NCBI GenBank assembly: GCA_037189525.1
Contig: JBBCJC010000005.1
Location: 64,001 to 128,000 of the forward strand
Length of the DNA: 64,000 nt
Source: Gemmatimonadales bacterium
GTDB taxonomy: Bacteria; Gemmatimonadota; Gemmatimonadetes; Gemmatimonadales; GWC2-71-9
Reading direction: 5' to 3'
In this document: piece by piece, positions 61,776 to 64,000 of the stretch
How the letters are laid out: the number at the start of each line of letters is the position of its first letter
Numbering within the stretch: position 1 is the first letter of the stretch
Made by a program: the position numbers and the translations under genes
The notes under the pieces: generated by a model
What the model was told of the DNA's origin: nothing
The model's database searches: none
The model's input: only the letters and a program-made list of their open reading frames with translations

Positions 61776-62683
61776 CGTCCGGCGGTTTCGAGGACGCTGC
61801 GCAACTGGCGGACGGCCTCGCCGATCCGCGGGCTCGGCCGGTTGAACATCGACCCGGACACCCGGAGCAGACGCCGTTCCCGAACGGCCGGCACGACCTG
61901 CCACTCCGGCTTGGCGAGGAAGGCCGGTTCGCTGTCGCCGACGACCAGGATCCAGTCCGGATCGCGATCGACCACCGATTCGATCGAGACGACGAACGAC
62001 GGGCGCTCGCTGTCGGCATACAGGTTGACCGCACCGGCTCGACGGAGAATCTCGTTGAGGTAGCTTCCCGCGCCGATCACGATGGGCGGGTCGCTCCAGG
62101 TGACGATCAGCACCGTGGGTGGCGTGGCGCTCGATACGGTGGCGGCGTCGAGGTCGGCCCGCGTCTCTGCAACCAGACTGTCACCGGTGGCGGGACGGCC
62201 GAGTGCCGCGGCAAGGAGCCGGGTATCGCGTTCGAAGTCGCTCAGCTGATCGATGCCGATTTCCAGGACCGGAATGCCGAGCCCGCGCAGCTTGGTGATG
62301 GCCGAGACATTGCCCGGCGAGCGATACGCGACCACCAGATCGGGCCGCTGGCCGACTACGGCTTCGACGTTAGGCATCACGCCATCGCCGACCGACGGGA
62401 CCTCGAGCGCTTCGGCCGGATAGTCACACCAGCGGGTTCGGCCGACCAGAGTGGTGCCGGCGCCGAGCGCATAGATCAATTCGGTGGCAGCGGGAATCAG
62501 CGAGACGACGCGCGTGGCCGGTGCGGCCAGGGTTGTGGTGTGGCCGCCGTCATCGGTAAAGGTGATGGCGGGAACCGGGTCGCTGCTGCGAGCACAACCG
62601 GCCAGCCACGCAGCCAGGAGCGCGGCGGCCAGGCGGCGGACGATCCGATCAGGTCCGCCGAGGACGGGTCGCGAGGGCCGCAC
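61772..62683 (-). CDS. BtuF-like helical-backbone substrate-binding lipoprotein
   Basis: LAGC lipobox, RVVSLIPAATE, VGRTRWCDYP, RPSPR. Start (GTG) uncertain. Confidence 0.85.
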   Translation of the reverse strand: MRPSRPVLGGPDRIVRRLAAALLAAWLAGCARSSDPVPAITFTDDGGHTTTLAAPATRVVSLIPAATELIYALGAGTTLVGRTRWCDYPAEALEVPSVGDGVMPNVEAVVGQRPDLVVAYRSPGNVSAITKLRGLGIPVLEIGIDQLSDFERDTRLLAAALGRPATGDSLVAETRADLDAATVSSATPPTVLIVTWSDPPIVIGAGSYLNEILRRAGAVNLYADSERPSFVVSIESVVDRDPDWILVVGDSEPAFLAKPEWQVVPAVRERRLLRVSGSMFNRPSPRIGEAVRQLRSVLETAGR

Positions 62684-63764
62684 GAAGCTGTTCCGCGAGG
62701 ACGGAGCGGTCGCGTTCGAGCTGCGCGCGCAACTCGGGCTGTGTGTCCGTTTGTTCCAGAGTCCGGTCGAGCCCGGCAATCCGATCGGCCAGCTCCACGG
62801 ACGACGGCATCGGAAGCTGCGCATTGGGACGCCGGCGCTTCAGCACGACCCAGCTGAGCAGCAGGAGTCCGAGTGCGGTCACCGCCACCGCGACGGGCAA
62901 CACCCCTGCCCCGAGCGAGGTCCGGGGAAACACCAGCACCAGGCCGGTTTCATTTCCCGCTGCCGCAAAGCGACGGAACGAACGCCCTTCGAACATCTGC
63001 GGCGGGCCCTGCACCCAGCGCCCTCCTTCGACCCGAACCGCCGCTTCCTCGATGAAGACGTCGACCGAATCGACCCCGAGCGTGGCCAGTTCCAGACGGC
63101 GCTGCTCAGCCGGCACCTCGTACTGGATCAGCAGTTCCTTCTCACCCGGCGACAACGGCGCAAAGACCAGGACGCTGTCGTCGCGAAACTCGATCGCATC
63201 GGGCGAAAGTTGCGAGAGCGCCCCGCCCCCCACCTGCGGATTGCGAACGTCCGAGGGCAGCGCCGCCGCCCAGGTCGGCGTCAGCGAATCGGTCCCGACC
63301 CGTGTCGCGACGCCGCGGTTGTCGAGCACCAGCCAGTCGACCACGGTGCGCGCCCCGATCGCGTCGGGGGCGCCCACCACGAGCGTTCGGCTCCGCGCCG
63401 AAATGACGGCCGTCGATGCGGTGTCGAAGACGAAGAGCCGAACCATCGTGTCCGGGCGCGCCGGATTGGTTGCCAACGGTGTGGAGAAGTACTCGATCCC
63501 GGCATACCGGACGCTGACCAGATAGTTGGCCGTGGTATCGGCCGGGAACCGAAAGGCAAAGCGGCCCCGCGGATCGGTGAGGACCGTATCGATCGGCCCC
63601 TGCGTGGCGCGACCGACCTGATGCAGCACCACGCGCACTCCGCCAACCGCCGTCGTATCCGTCAGCTGCGGACGAACGACCGACCCCTCGGCGCGGGTTG
63701 GCCGCTGCGCCTCGAGCGGCAGCGCGGCCAGCGCCAGGAGCGCCAGCGACCAGCGGGCCGTCAT
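62649..63764 (-). CDS. Hypothetical exported protein with carboxypeptidase-regulatory-like domain and C-terminal TM
   Basis: Signal peptide, TDPRGRFAF, Y.GIEY, late TM and a short helical tail. Confidence 0.7.
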   Translation of the reverse strand: MTARWSLALLALAALPLEAQRPTRAEGSVVRPQLTDTTAVGGVRVVLHQVGRATQGPIDTVLTDPRGRFAFRFPADTTANYLVSVRYAGIEYFSTPLATNPARPDTMVRLFVFDTASTAVISARSRTLVVGAPDAIGARTVVDWLVLDNRGVATRVGTDSLTPTWAAALPSDVRNPQVGGGALSQLSPDAIEFRDDSVLVFAPLSPGEKELLIQYEVPAEQRRLELATLGVDSVDVFIEEAAVRVEGGRWVQGPPQMFEGRSFRRFAAAGNETGLVLVFPRTSLGAGVLPVAVAVTALGLLLLSWVVLKRRRPNAQLPMPSSVELADRIAGLDRTLEQTDTQPELRAQLERDRSVLAEQLRAALATRPRRT

Positions 63765-64000
63765 GGCTGGAACCGTCCCAGATCCTCGGGGTCGAGCTTG
63801 GACAGGAACCGTTTGAGCGCTTGGGCGCCGGCAGTCGGGTCATCGGCGGCCGGCCCGGCGGGGTCCGATTGGCCGTCGTCGTGCAGCAGATCCTCGCTGA
63901 CGAAAATCGGCGCATCGAAACGGAGGGCCAGCGCAATGCTGTCCGAGGGGCGAGCATCGACCACGAACATCTGATCGCCGCGCGCCACCAGCAACTCGGC
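63761..64000 (-). CDS. Bifunctional nuclease family (DUF151) protein, 3' part
   Basis: DARPSDSIALALR..API.V motif; ends LDPEDLG; runs off the window end. Confidence 0.85.
   Translation of the reverse strand, partial: AELLVARGDQMFVVDARPSDSIALALRFDAPIFVSEDLLHDDGQSDPAGPAADDPTAGAQALKRFLSKLDPEDLGRFQP

Overview
GC-rich bacterial chromosome window. Gene style suggests Gemmatimonadota (inference from SusC/SusD pairs, bshA, Bat/MoxR operon and a TopA with repeated C-terminal domains). It is mostly housekeeping. Left to right: groEL (partial)-groES with two CIRCE elements; a DUF1207-like barrel divergent from a His/Met-rich copper-monooxygenase-like gene; a ~17 kb minus-strand gene run (scpA-scpB-rluB-moxR-DUF58-bat genes-mutL-miaA-bshA-uppP-birA-membrane proteins-NlpC/P60); two peptidase-family genes and an ABC pair; rpsT; pyrR-pyrB-pyrC; a DUF2946-like leader ORF + TonB receptor + BNR lipoprotein; msrPQ; tRNA-Ser(GGA); topA; an M50 protease; IclR + SusC/SusD; tRNA-Ser(CGA); a second SusC/SusD; MATE; tadA; a Fur-boxed TonB siderophore receptor + piuC; clpB; recO; and a btuFCD-like ABC system with a beta-propeller lipoprotein. 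No CRISPR array, integrase or transposase was seen. Best leads: (1) a putative metal-sensing ribosome-arrest leader (CxCxxxC ... HAPP) controlling a TonB/BNR uptake unit; (2) a chaperone regulatory design in which one CIRCE is also a near-consensus sigma54 promoter, with a second sigma54-like promoter at clpB; (3) a 25-bp IHF-like motif recurring in four intergenic regions; (4) an outer-membrane-barrel/NlpC-P60 fusion; (5) a secreted PHM-like copper monooxygenase candidate. All calls come from reading the sequence; no searches were run.
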